A stretch of DNA of 64,000 nt. Source: Alphaproteobacteria bacterium UBA2964. GTDB lineage: Bacteria > Pseudomonadota > Alphaproteobacteria > MPNO01 > UBA2964. The stretch spans positions 114,250 through 178,249 of the forward strand of contig CAJJCG010000016.1 of assembly GCA_905182615.1 (NCBI GenBank). Reading direction: 5' to 3'. Positions within the stretch are counted from its first letter, which is position 1, and each line of letters opens with the position of its first letter. This document shows, one piece after another, positions 35,238 through 44,763 of the stretch. Under the pieces are notes generated by a model. That model searched no databases. It worked only from the letters and a program-made list of their open reading frames with translations, and had not been told where the DNA came from. The position numbers and the translations under genes are program-made.

Positions 35238-35603
35238 TTACGCAGATTTGGATTTCTGCAGAAGCTCACACCGAAGCCGGCCAGTCGACAATCCTTCAAG
35301 CGTATTGAGGATATCATCATCCAACTCAACGAAATTTGCCGCCAGCATTTTGCGCGTGAAATCAATTTGAACGATCTCCGACCGCACGACGTGCTGAAAA
35401 ACCGGCTCGCCGACCTCAGCCTGTATGCCAACCACTGGCGTCTCACCTATTTTGAAATCACCATAGAACGAGTAGAGCAGAAAACCGCCCAAGCTCCAGT
35501 TGGCCGTCACATAACTGCTGCCATTGAGATGTATTTTTAATGGAATCTCCTGGATACGCCGGTCCCGGCACCGCTCTTTACCCTTTGCTTTCACAACACG
35601 CAT
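35238..35603 (-). CDS. PilZ-domain protein (putative c-di-GMP receptor)
   Basis: RCRDRR (RxxxR) is followed ~22 residues later by NWSLGG ((D/N)xSxxG). The protein is a small, single-domain one. Confidence 0.55.
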   Translation of the reverse strand: MRVVKAKGKERCRDRRIQEIPLKIHLNGSSYVTANWSLGGFLLYSFYGDFKIGETPVVGIQAEVGEPVFQHVVRSEIVQIDFTRKMLAANFVELDDDILNTLEGLSTGRLRCELLQKSKSA

Positions 35604-35801
35604 GTCATCTACCTAATATTCCTCGGTAGAGTATCGGCCTAAATTAATGATAAATTGTTAACGATGACGAAGTCCTCACCGCCCCATTACAAGGCCTTTC
35701 GATCACGCGTTTCCTCTGTAGAATAGCGGCCATCACCTAAAGATCGATCTAATGCTCCATACCAACAAAATGAAAATTCGACCTATCGCCGGGACGTCCT
35801 T

Positions 35802-37055
35802 TTGACTCAGGAAAGTCCGGCGGGTCCGAGCAAGAAAGATCTTCATGCCGTCTATGCATTCGGCATATTCAGTATGGCGTTAATCGACATATTCGTGCTC
35901 CTGATCCCAATCTTCGCCAAAGAGTCATTAGGCATGTCTGATGGCGAGATCGGCATACTAGTCGGCGCCCGGTCGCTGCTCTCATTGTTTTTATCGATCC
36001 ATGGCGGCGCTCTTATGGATCGCTTCGGCACCCGTCGTATCACGCTGATGTTCACCGGAACGGTGATCCTTTGCGCTCCACTATTTCCACTTCTTTCAAC
36101 ATTTTGGGCGATATTCGCTCTTCAGGTCATTAGTGGCTTCGCGATTTCGCTGGGTTGGTCCGGAGCGCAAACGCTCATCGCCCGGGTTGCCAACGGCGAT
36201 GCCGAATATATCGGCCGCTTCAGCACCTTTGCCCGGATCGGCACGACAATCGCCCCAATCTGTGCGGGCTTTCTTTTCGATATCGGCGGCGCATGGTTCG
36301 CATACGGTTTCGGAATGCTATGGGCAGTCGGTGCGGTTTACGCGCTTTGGCGCGCCCCAGAACCCAACCCGCCTCCCGATCGTAAAACGACGTCGGAAGA
36401 TGTTCCTAAATTTAAGCTCATGGACATTATGCCGAAACTGTCTGATTACACGGCGACCTTCGCCCTCATGGCGATACCAGCTGTCGCGTTTACGGCAATG
36501 GCCATGCTGATCCGTAATTCGACCTACGGCATACAAACCACTGTTTACGTTACCTACGCTCAGGATGCAGGGCTTACCGCGACCAAAATCGGGCTTTTGT
36601 TCGCGGCCATCGAAATGGCCGGCGCGATAGGTTCCTGGTATTCCGGCAGAATCATGCGTCGTTTCGATCCAATCAGAGTTCTGGTCGTCACCACTTTCAT
36701 AACAGTGTCTCTGGTGAGCGCGACACCACTCCTCGGTGGGCTCGGCTCTACGACCTGGTCAATCTTTGGCTTCCTTCTGATTGGTCAGTTATTCCGAGGC
36801 ATGACACAAGGTGTATCGCAGCCAATTCTCTTTTCAGTACAGGCAATTTCCGTGACAAGAGACCAACAGGGCACAGTTGTAGGGCTCCGACAAACCATGA
36901 ACCGGTTCGGCGGCATCATTATTCCGCCAATTATCGGGTTCACCTCTGACTTTTATGGCCGGGAGGAGAGTTTCTATATTGTGGGTGGTGGGCTTCTGGT
37001 AATGCTACTGGCACTCGCCATTTACGCCCGATCTGTTCCAAGAATTGCGACTTGA
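35802..37055 (+). CDS. MFS transporter
   Basis: The 417-aa protein shows about 12 hydrophobic segments, and the loop motif GGALMDRFGTRR follows TM2. It has a TTG start. Confidence 0.8.
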   Translation: MTQESPAGPSKKDLHAVYAFGIFSMALIDIFVLLIPIFAKESLGMSDGEIGILVGARSLLSLFLSIHGGALMDRFGTRRITLMFTGTVILCAPLFPLLSTFWAIFALQVISGFAISLGWSGAQTLIARVANGDAEYIGRFSTFARIGTTIAPICAGFLFDIGGAWFAYGFGMLWAVGAVYALWRAPEPNPPPDRKTTSEDVPKFKLMDIMPKLSDYTATFALMAIPAVAFTAMAMLIRNSTYGIQTTVYVTYAQDAGLTATKIGLLFAAIEMAGAIGSWYSGRIMRRFDPIRVLVVTTFITVSLVSATPLLGGLGSTTWSIFGFLLIGQLFRGMTQGVSQPILFSVQAISVTRDQQGTVVGLRQTMNRFGGIIIPPIIGFTSDFYGREESFYIVGGGLLVMLLALAIYARSVPRIAT

Positions 37056-37093
37056 GAAGAATACCACTAATATGAGTGCCAGAATCTAAAAAA

Positions 37094-37126
37094 TCGATAT
37101 TTTATTGACTATTGTTTTTTTATCGA
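37094..37126 (+). promoter_or_regulatory. Shared promoter/operator block, site 1 (upstream of the FAH operon)
   Basis: TCGATATTTTATTGACTATTGTTTTTTTATCGA matches site 2 at 26 of 33 positions. It consists of TCGATATTT, then ATTGAC (-35-like), then a second TCGA box 29 nt after the first. Confidence 0.55.
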
Positions 37127-37154
37127 TATTTATGCTTACAAATAGGAGAGTTAA

Positions 37155-38030
37155 ATGCGGCTGATTGCTTTTGATAAAAATGGGACCGCCACACTGGGCG
37201 CACGCGATGGCGACAGCGTTGTCGATCTATCCATTGCCGCGCCGGATTTACCGGGCGACCTCACGGGTGTTATCAAGCTCGGCCAGGCGGGCATCGACAA
37301 AATTGCCGCCGCCGTAAGCAATGCCGGGGATGATGCCCGTGTATCACTCGACGGTATCAAGTATCTTCCGCCATCGACCAATGCTGGCAAACTTATTTGT
37401 CTCGGCCTCAACTATGCCGACCATGCCGCCGAAGGCGGGCATAATAAACCCGAATATCCCTCGTTCTTTTTACGAACCAACTCAACGCTGGTTGCCCATG
37501 GCGATCCCATTGTGCGGCCTGTTGTTTCCGAACAGCTGGACTATGAAGCTGAGATGGTTGCTATAGTTGGCAAACAAGCCCGACATGTAAAACGGGAAGA
37601 CGCGCTGGATTACATCTGGGGTTACTCAGTGTTTAACGAAGCCTCGATCCGTGAATATCAGCGCAAGACGGCGCAGTGGACCATCGGCAAAAACTTCGAC
37701 AATACCGGTGGCTTTGGACCGGAAGCCGTGACCGCCGACGAACTACCCCCGGGCGGTAATGGGCTACGTATTCAAACGCGTCTCAATGGTGAAATCCTGC
37801 AAGATGCCAACACTGATGACATGCTGTTTGACGTTGCTGAAACCGTTGAGCTGCTGACTGAGTGTCTAACATTGGAGCCCGGCGATATTCTGGTCATGGG
37901 TACACCGTCAGGTGTTGGTCATGCACGTCGTCCACAGCTTTGGATGAAAGCCGGCGATGTCTGTGAAATTGAAATCGAGAAAATCGGAATTCTACGGAAC
38001 CCGATTGAAGACGAAGTTTTGCCAGCCTAA
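37155..38030 (+). CDS. Fumarylacetoacetate hydrolase (FAH) family protein
   Basis: KLICLGLNYADHA, LDYEAEMVAIVGK and PGDILVMGTPSGVG are present. Confidence 0.9.
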   Translation: MRLIAFDKNGTATLGARDGDSVVDLSIAAPDLPGDLTGVIKLGQAGIDKIAAAVSNAGDDARVSLDGIKYLPPSTNAGKLICLGLNYADHAAEGGHNKPEYPSFFLRTNSTLVAHGDPIVRPVVSEQLDYEAEMVAIVGKQARHVKREDALDYIWGYSVFNEASIREYQRKTAQWTIGKNFDNTGGFGPEAVTADELPPGGNGLRIQTRLNGEILQDANTDDMLFDVAETVELLTECLTLEPGDILVMGTPSGVGHARRPQLWMKAGDVCEIEIEKIGILRNPIEDEVLPA

Positions 38031-38052
38031 GCAGTCGAGAAGAGGAAGAATA

Positions 38053-38691
38053 ATGGATCCCGTACAAGACGCGATTGCAACCGTAGAAGCCCTGCGGAAG
38101 CGGATAACTGACATTGGCGAAGACGGCCTGGATTTACTGTTCCGGGAAGCACGAACGCATAACGCGTGGACTGACAAGCCCGTCACTGACGAACAAATCC
38201 AAACACTTTATCAATCTGTCATTAATGGTCCAACCAGTGGTAATTGCCTGCCTTCACGATTCATTTTTTGTCAGACCCCCGAAGCCAAGGCGCGTCTCAT
38301 GCCCTGTGTCGCTCCCGGAAATGCCACAAAGATTGAAACGGCACCGGTTTGCGTGATCATCGGATATGACCCGATGTTCTGGGAACATCTGCCCAAGCTG
38401 TTCCCCCACAAAGACATGACAGGCCGTTATCGTGACGATCCGGAGGCTGCTGAAAGTGGCAGTTTTAGAAACAGCACATTGCAAGGGGCCTATCTCATAA
38501 TTGCAGCCCGCGCTATGGGCTTGGATATTGGGGCTATGTCTGGCTTCGACAACGAAGCTGTAGACAAGGAGTTCTTCGCAGGAACGACCGTGAAATCAAA
38601 CTTCCTGTGCAATATCGGCTATGGCGATACGTCAGGTCTATTCCAGAAACTGCCGCGCTTCGATTTCGACGAAATCTGCGACGTAATCTAA
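38053..38691 (+). CDS. Nitroreductase-family protein, RutE / malonic-semialdehyde-reductase-like
   Basis: REARTHNAWTDKPV, GPTSGNCLPSRF and the IGAMSGFD pattern are present. The start is the internal ATG at 38053. Confidence 0.75.
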   Translation: MDPVQDAIATVEALRKRITDIGEDGLDLLFREARTHNAWTDKPVTDEQIQTLYQSVINGPTSGNCLPSRFIFCQTPEAKARLMPCVAPGNATKIETAPVCVIIGYDPMFWEHLPKLFPHKDMTGRYRDDPEAAESGSFRNSTLQGAYLIIAARAMGLDIGAMSGFDNEAVDKEFFAGTTVKSNFLCNIGYGDTSGLFQKLPRFDFDEICDVI

Positions 38692-38710
38692 TCCATTTAG
38701 GAGATCAATT

Positions 38711-39175
38711 ATGGCCGACGCAAAACCCAAGATGATCGTTCAGTATACTTTGAACGGTGAGTCCATTTCCCATGCCCGTACCGACATCGAAACTCGCGAC
38801 GTCGATGTGACAATTGACGAACCGACCCAGCGCGGTGGGACGAATATGGGCCTGGCGCCAACAGAAACGCTTGTTGCGGCATTGATTGGTTGCACCAACG
38901 TGATCGGCCAACGCGCTGGCGAGAAACATGGCGTTCATTTCGAAGATTTAACCGTCGATGCGCTTGCAGATTTTGACCGCCGCGGCGTGATGTTTGAGGA
39001 AGAAATCGAAATCCCTTTTCCTAAGATTGTTCTGACAATCAAAGGAAAGTCAGATGTCGATGATGCTACCCTGGAGAAGGTCAAAACTGACCTCGCGAAA
39101 TTCTGTCCGATTGCGAAAGTAATCCGCGCTTCTGGTACAGTGATCGAAGAAATCTGGGAAATTTCCAAACCGTAA
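38711..39175 (+). CDS. OsmC/Ohr-family protein
   Basis: Two conserved Cys contexts (ALIGCTNV and KFCPIAK) occur in a 154-aa protein. Confidence 0.85.
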   Translation: MADAKPKMIVQYTLNGESISHARTDIETRDVDVTIDEPTQRGGTNMGLAPTETLVAALIGCTNVIGQRAGEKHGVHFEDLTVDALADFDRRGVMFEEEIEIPFPKIVLTIKGKSDVDDATLEKVKTDLAKFCPIAKVIRASGTVIEEIWEISKP

Positions 39176-39203
39176 AACTCGAAACATTACTTTATGTTTC
39201 TTT

Positions 39204-39232
39204 GACCGCCGTTGTCTCCGACTTCGGCGGTC
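39204..39232. terminator. Hairpin between the convergent OsmC and GntR genes
   Basis: An 8-bp GC-rich stem GACCGCCG / CGGCGGTC with a 13-nt loop is followed by ATTTCTATT on the + strand. Confidence 0.5.
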
Positions 39233-39271
39233 ATTTCTATTCCGGTAGAGCCGGTTGAGATTTACGACCGT

Positions 39272-39994
39272 TCAGTTCGCCGCAAATTCTGAGATAGATT
39301 CCAGGATAATACCAGCGGTGCGCTCATAATGCGCCATGAGAAGGGATATCGCGCTATCAGCATCGCGCGCTGTCGCCGCCTTCATCATTGCTTCATGCTC
39401 ATCCAATTCATTGCGCCTTGGATAGCTAACAACAATAGCAAGCTGCCGATATCGGTCAGCTTGATCATTCAACTGCGCACAATATTGCAACAACCAACGA
39501 GACCCACACGCTGACAGAAGGGCCAAATGAAACGCCCGATGCAGTCGTTCCCAATCTGGATTAACAGAATAATGGTCTTCGCTCGAAGAGCGGCGCACCC
39601 GCGACAGACGATGAAATGACAGGACAAGTCCCTCTTCCCAAGAGTCGTCGCCATTGGCGATTGATTCCCGCAGCGCAATCTGTTCAAGCCAACATCGAGT
39701 TTTAACCAGCTCTTCGAGGTCCGCTCGACTGGCAGCGGCAACCCGGAAACCTTTTTGGTCTTCACGTGTAACGAGACCGTCTGCCGATAATCGATTCAGA
39801 GCTTCACGAATGGGGCTATTGCCCACTTCATAGCGCGCGCGCAGCGCTTCAGTCCGAAGCTTCTCGCCGGGTGGCAGAGAACCGGTAAGGATATCCCCCC
39901 GCAATCGATCGTAAACCGAAGACGCCAACGTCCCTGCAGGCTCCGGCACTGCAAGGCCGGCTATTCGTGTCAGCACTTCATCGTTGGGTGGCAT
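39272..39994 (-). CDS. GntR-family regulator with an FCD effector domain
   Basis: VYDRLRGDILTGSLPPGEKLRTEALRARYEVGNSPIREALNRLSADGLV forms the GntR wHTH, followed by a helical FCD-type C-terminus. The ATG at 39994 is preferred over the TTG at 40066. Confidence 0.85.
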   Translation of the reverse strand: MPPNDEVLTRIAGLAVPEPAGTLASSVYDRLRGDILTGSLPPGEKLRTEALRARYEVGNSPIREALNRLSADGLVTREDQKGFRVAAASRADLEELVKTRCWLEQIALRESIANGDDSWEEGLVLSFHRLSRVRRSSSEDHYSVNPDWERLHRAFHLALLSACGSRWLLQYCAQLNDQADRYRQLAIVVSYPRRNELDEHEAMMKAATARDADSAISLLMAHYERTAGIILESISEFAAN

Positions 39995-40076
39995 TGCGAT
40001 TCCTGTATATCCAGCCTTCAGCGGTCCCTTTATCATATTAAAGCCGAAGCAGAGTCGGGAATACAATCAAATAATT

Positions 40077-40109
40077 TCGATATTTAATTGACAACAGTAT
40101 TTATTTCGA
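40077..40109 (+). promoter_or_regulatory. Shared promoter/operator block, site 2 (GntR / malonyl-CoA decarboxylase intergenic region)
   Basis: TCGATATTTAATTGACAACAGTATTTATTTCGA has the same box-TTGAC-box geometry as site 1. The second TCGA again lies 29 nt after the first. Confidence 0.55.
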
Positions 40110-40245
40110 CTTTCCTGTTAAAAAATCAGAGGAAGAAGCAAGCAAGTATGGGCTTAAGTCTCCATTCCTGACAGTAGAGTACGATTTCCGTCTACGCCCC
40201 CTTTAACACCGGCGCAGTTAACGTCAAAGAATAAGGAGTAATGGC

Positions 40246-41544
40246 ATGGGCCGGATCTGGATGAGCCAGGTCATTGATGCAATAGCCGACCTTGGCCGGA
40301 ACTATTTGGAGCGTCCATCCAGCAAGTCGCCGCTCAAAGCGGCTAAACGCTTGTGTGACGATCTCCTCTCTGATCGCGGCGAGGCATCTGGCACAGCGCT
40401 GGCACGTGAACTTGTTGATCGCTATCTCGCCATGGACGAAGCCGACCAGGACGGGTTCATCGACCTCCTAGCCTCAGATTACAGCTATGCGGCCGATAAA
40501 TTGCAAAACGCTGCCAGCGCGTATGCCCAAAACCCTGGTGACGATACCTACCGTGTTTTACGAAACGCCGTTGAGTCGCCGCGGCAAGAACTCTTACGCC
40601 GGATCAACATGGCGCCAGACGGCACAGCCACGATCGTCAAATTGCGGGAACGGTTACTAAACCGGATAGCGGAAGCTCCCCATCTTAAAACGCTCGACAC
40701 CGACCTCCGGCACTTGTTGAGCTCCTGGTTCAATCGCGGATTCCTGCAGTTTGAGAGAATCGAATGGCGAACCCCTGCCGCCATTCTCGAAAAATTGATC
40801 ACTTATGAAGCGGTGCATGAAATTAAGGGATGGGGCGATCTTCGGCGACGCTTGGCAGATGACCGCCGTTGCTTCGCCTTCTTCCATCCGGCGCTCACCG
40901 ACGAACCCCTAATTTTTGTCGAAGTCGCCCTCACAAACGAACTGTCGGGACAGATCGGGCCTTTACTCGACACGCCGCCAGAGAGCTCCGGGGGCAATCC
41001 GACAACAGCGATCTTTTATTCCATCAGTAATTGCCAGACCGGACTGGCGGGAATTTCCTTTGGCAATTTCCTGATCAAACAAGTGGTGGATGTGCTGTCA
41101 CAGGAGTTACCCACCATCAAAACATTCTCGACATTGTCACCCATTCCCGGGTTCCGTCGCTGGCTCACATCAACACCCGCCGAATTTCGGCCTGATTTTG
41201 TCAGCGACAGTGATTTCGCCGCATTGAGTTCTTCAGGAACATTAGATGACGCCGACAAAAGGTCAGAAATGAAAAAACTGATCACCAAACTTTGCGCGAC
41301 CTACCTTACATCCACCAATAGCCGTAACTTGCCGCTGGACCCTGTCGCCCGCTTTCACCTAGGAAATAGTGCCTCGGTTGAACGTATCAACTGGGATGGT
41401 GATCTCTCCGACAAGAGGATAAGTCAATCGGCAGGACTCATGGTCAATTATCTGTATGCACCAGATCAAATTGTCGGCAACCACGAAGCATTTGTGAATG
41501 AGGGAAAAATCGCAACTTCCTCCAAAGTCCGGGGGTTTCTTTAA
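40246..41544 (+). CDS. Malonyl-CoA decarboxylase
   Basis: LLSSWFNRGFL, YEAVHEI, CFAFFHPALTDEPLIFVEVAL and FYSISNCQTGLAGISFGNFLIKQVV match the MCD family pattern. An AAGGAG RBS is present. Confidence 0.9.
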   Translation: MGRIWMSQVIDAIADLGRNYLERPSSKSPLKAAKRLCDDLLSDRGEASGTALARELVDRYLAMDEADQDGFIDLLASDYSYAADKLQNAASAYAQNPGDDTYRVLRNAVESPRQELLRRINMAPDGTATIVKLRERLLNRIAEAPHLKTLDTDLRHLLSSWFNRGFLQFERIEWRTPAAILEKLITYEAVHEIKGWGDLRRRLADDRRCFAFFHPALTDEPLIFVEVALTNELSGQIGPLLDTPPESSGGNPTTAIFYSISNCQTGLAGISFGNFLIKQVVDVLSQELPTIKTFSTLSPIPGFRRWLTSTPAEFRPDFVSDSDFAALSSSGTLDDADKRSEMKKLITKLCATYLTSTNSRNLPLDPVARFHLGNSASVERINWDGDLSDKRISQSAGLMVNYLYAPDQIVGNHEAFVNEGKIATSSKVRGFL

Positions 41545-41843
41545 CGCTCGCGAAAAGCTTCAGATTTGAGCTTGAGAACCGGCCGCAGAAAATATTCAAG
41601 CACGGAACGTTTACCTGTATGAATATCAACCGTTGCTTCCATACCCGGCAGAATGTCCAGCGCGCCAGCCTTGTTACGGAGATAGGATTTATCTGTTTCA
41701 TAAAGCGGCCAGCGTGCCGCCGACCACAACAACGACGCGGTGATATAGCTTTCCCGGGCAGGAATCAGTCTGCCCTCTTCTTCGTATTGTTTTGCGAGCC
41801 CTTTCACCCGCTTGCCAGCGGTGGCGAACCCACGATGGGGCAT
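41541..41843 (-). pseudogene. C-terminal relic of an HlyD-family type I secretion adaptor
   Basis: LPGMEATVDIHTGKRSVLEYFLRPVLKLKSEAFRER is the characteristic HlyD C-terminal end. Only about 75-100 codons remain and no N-terminal part lies upstream. Confidence 0.55.
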
Positions 41844-42094
41844 CGGTGAACTTTTTCATCCACGCACAAGCAGGCCGGAAAACACCTGCCGCGGCAGGAC
41901 CGGCAGGCCGCGCATAATGCGCTAAACGTTCCTGGTCCCATTCGATGCCGATAGTCTCGACTAACGTATCTATCAGCCAGCATTGCTGATACCGCCGATT
42001 AACGGCGGATGACTTCTCCGCGCATGGAGGCCTCCTCTATCCCTATTACTAATACGGCCAGCCCTCTTTGCGGGGCCGGTATGCGAACTCCTAC

Positions 42095-43042
42095 TTAGTG
42101 CTTGCCTGCAGCAGACACTGACGGCCGTACTTTCCCATCCGGAACTTGCTTGATCCCGTCCGGCAAATGCCATTCCGAGAAAAGGTTGTTCCGGTAATTA
42201 TGCGGTTTCCAGTTTTCCGTCAGATAGTCTGAGTCGGTGAAGTATTCAATGGCACCACCACAGGGTGCCTTGAAATACCAGAAATAGGCCGATGAAATCG
42301 GATGTCGACCGGGACCCACTTCGGTTGCCCAGCCCTTTTTGTCGAATGCGACGCCACCACCAAAGACTTCATGGATATCTCGAACTTCAAAGGCTGTATG
42401 GTGATAACTTATATTACCCGCCTCACTCCAAATCATGAACAGATTATGGTGTTGGCTCTTCGCCGAACAGCGTAAAAACAGCGCAGACTTGCCATAGCGA
42501 TCAGACAGCCAGAAACCCAACCGGTCCTTATAAAACTTCTCCGCCGCTTTCAAATCCGGGAGAATAAACCCGATATGACCCATCCGAATAGGATGAGCGT
42601 CTTTATAGAATGTACTGATTTCATCGACCCGTTCTTGTATATCGAACGAGTTGATCTTAGTTCGAGCGCCATCGATTTTAGTTCGTGGTTTCCATACTTT
42701 GAACCCAACACCGAGTCCGTTGGGATCGGTACAATGCAGCGTGCCGTCTTGCTCTTCGATGACCTCGCGGTCTTTGGACAACTCCCTCTTTATTTTGGCG
42801 AGATGTTTCTTGGAGGACACGCCCCAGATCATTTCACGGAAATGCATGTCAGGCGCTGCGGCTAGCGGCAAACCTTCTGCTTTGGGTGATTTCAGCTCAA
42901 CGCGACTGCCAATCTTGGTCTCATAAATTGAATGGGTCGGCGTCGCCTTAACTTTGCGCAACCCCCAGTCAGCATAGAAACGCTGCGCCTCTTTCATGTC
43001 CGGCGCCGCAAAGAGAGTTGAATATAAACCTGTAAAAGCCAT
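42095..43042 (-). CDS. Two-domain VOC-superfamily protein, type I extradiol dioxygenase-like
   Basis: It has tandem glyoxalase/VOC modules (second module: RMGHIGFILPDLKAAEKFYKDRLGF). HHTAFEV and AIEYFTD fit the His/His/Glu metal ligands of extradiol dioxygenases. Confidence 0.75.
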   Translation of the reverse strand: MAFTGLYSTLFAAPDMKEAQRFYADWGLRKVKATPTHSIYETKIGSRVELKSPKAEGLPLAAAPDMHFREMIWGVSSKKHLAKIKRELSKDREVIEEQDGTLHCTDPNGLGVGFKVWKPRTKIDGARTKINSFDIQERVDEISTFYKDAHPIRMGHIGFILPDLKAAEKFYKDRLGFWLSDRYGKSALFLRCSAKSQHHNLFMIWSEAGNISYHHTAFEVRDIHEVFGGGVAFDKKGWATEVGPGRHPISSAYFWYFKAPCGGAIEYFTDSDYLTENWKPHNYRNNLFSEWHLPDGIKQVPDGKVRPSVSAAGKH

Positions 43043-43148
43043 CTTGCCCCCTCGACCGGAAATCCAGCCTTAATTACCCAGAGAAAAACTGTTAATCACA
43101 CGCTACGGGAGGCAGAAACCAACAGCAAGGGTGGCTTTGCGCTTTCCC

Positions 43149-44675
43149 TTACTGTGGCAAGCCTCCATCGCCATATCCGGTCCTGGCAATAAAGCGGCGC
43201 AGACCGATATCGGTATCCCAAACCCGTTGATGCGCTTCCATCAGATAGGGCAAGGCGACTTGGCGCTGTTTCACGACGTCTTCATATTCCGGAATAAAGC
43301 TTTTCATCAGATCAGCCACTTCCTCGCGGAGCGCTTCTTCGTCAATGGTCTGCACAACACGATCTTTCATGACCACCTTACCATCGATGATAACCGTATC
43401 GATCGAACGCCCAGTCTCGGAATAGACCAGCTGGCGGGCAGCACTGTTATACGGCAGATAGGCCGTGTCGTTCATGTCGAGCAGCATCATATCTGCTTTG
43501 AACCCTGGCTTAAGAGCACCAAGCTGATCATCCATACAAGCAGATCGCGCGCTCCCTATCGTGCCGTGACGCAGCGCCTCATGCGCCAAAGGAGTACCAG
43601 GAACCGGGTCACTCACCGCGCCCAACATGCAATAAGCCTTCATCGCCTGGAACATATTTTGGACATCACTGCCCGAGCAGTTATCGCAGCCAAGGCCAAC
43701 CCGCATACCAGCGTCGCGCATATCCCGCATTGGCGAGATGCCGCTCTTAAGCTTCATATTACTATTGTAGCAGAGGACAGCCCCAGCATCGGCTTCCGCC
43801 ATCTGATCCATCTCTTCGCGGCTAATCCACACCGAGTGGGCGATATTGAGTCGGTGATTAAGCATCCCCGCAGCATCGAGATAATTGATAAACGACCCGC
43901 CATATTCGCCATACATCTCACGTGCCATGACCACCTGACCGCGGGTTTCATATACATGGATATAAATACCAAGATCATGGCGTTCCGCAAAATCAGCACA
44001 GCCAGATAATAGCTCCAGCGAACAGCGTTGTGGTGCAAACGGCCCGACCGCCCAATGAGTGACGCCCTTAGCAGGACGGCGCTGAATCTGTGCCTCCAAC
44101 ATATCGAGCTGTTGTTTTGGATTATTCGCCTGATTGCCCATCATTTCCTGGATTTCAGGCGGTAACAGGTCTTTATGTCGAAGCATCCCAACGGCTGGGA
44201 TATCGAACACCATCGGAGAGAAAACCACGCGTTCGCCGATTTCCTCATAAGCGTCGAGAACGACATCGATATTCTCTTCGGTCATCGGAATAAGCCCGAG
44301 CATATCCTGCACAGTGGTAATCCCGCAGCGCATCGATTCCAGCGCACCCACCAAGGTCCGGATTCGGATTTCTTCTTTTGAGCGGAAAGTGCCCATTGGC
44401 AAAGTATAGAGAAGCCAGAACTCCAGCGGGATATCCTCAAACATCCCGCGGCACAGCGTGTCATGCGAATGGTAATGAGCGTTGATCAATCCCGGGACGA
44501 CAAGATGATTGGACGCATCGACGACTTCCGCACCGGCAGTCTGCTCTGGTGAAAAATCAGTACCAATGGCGGAGATATCAGAGCCCTCTACCAGTATATC
44601 CGCAATCGATGGTCGATGCACATCGCCATCATGATCATAAACCAGACCACCCTTAATCAGCAGCTTATCGGCCAT
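43149..44675 (-). CDS. Amidohydrolase-superfamily deaminase/chlorohydrolase (ATZ/TRZ-SsnA-like)
   Basis: LLIKGGLVYD...VPGLINAHYHSHD carries the HxH metal motif. Later HVYE, AHSVW and GCDN motifs also fit the family. Confidence 0.85.
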   Translation of the reverse strand: MADKLLIKGGLVYDHDGDVHRPSIADILVEGSDISAIGTDFSPEQTAGAEVVDASNHLVVPGLINAHYHSHDTLCRGMFEDIPLEFWLLYTLPMGTFRSKEEIRIRTLVGALESMRCGITTVQDMLGLIPMTEENIDVVLDAYEEIGERVVFSPMVFDIPAVGMLRHKDLLPPEIQEMMGNQANNPKQQLDMLEAQIQRRPAKGVTHWAVGPFAPQRCSLELLSGCADFAERHDLGIYIHVYETRGQVVMAREMYGEYGGSFINYLDAAGMLNHRLNIAHSVWISREEMDQMAEADAGAVLCYNSNMKLKSGISPMRDMRDAGMRVGLGCDNCSGSDVQNMFQAMKAYCMLGAVSDPVPGTPLAHEALRHGTIGSARSACMDDQLGALKPGFKADMMLLDMNDTAYLPYNSAARQLVYSETGRSIDTVIIDGKVVMKDRVVQTIDEEALREEVADLMKSFIPEYEDVVKQRQVALPYLMEAHQRVWDTDIGLRRFIARTGYGDGGLPQ

Positions 44676-44763
44676 TTTATCCTCACCCGTTTCGTTCCTG
44701 TGAGCGTGACGCTATCATGCGCACAGCGCTGCTTCAAACCATCGAAACCCAAAAGAAGAATTT

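Noticed and set aside
43131-44009. 292-aa ORF on the + strand
   Set aside because: It is entirely antisense to the well-supported amidohydrolase gene (43149-44675). The translation is low-complexity and His/Arg/Ile-rich with no motif, which is a typical shadow ORF.
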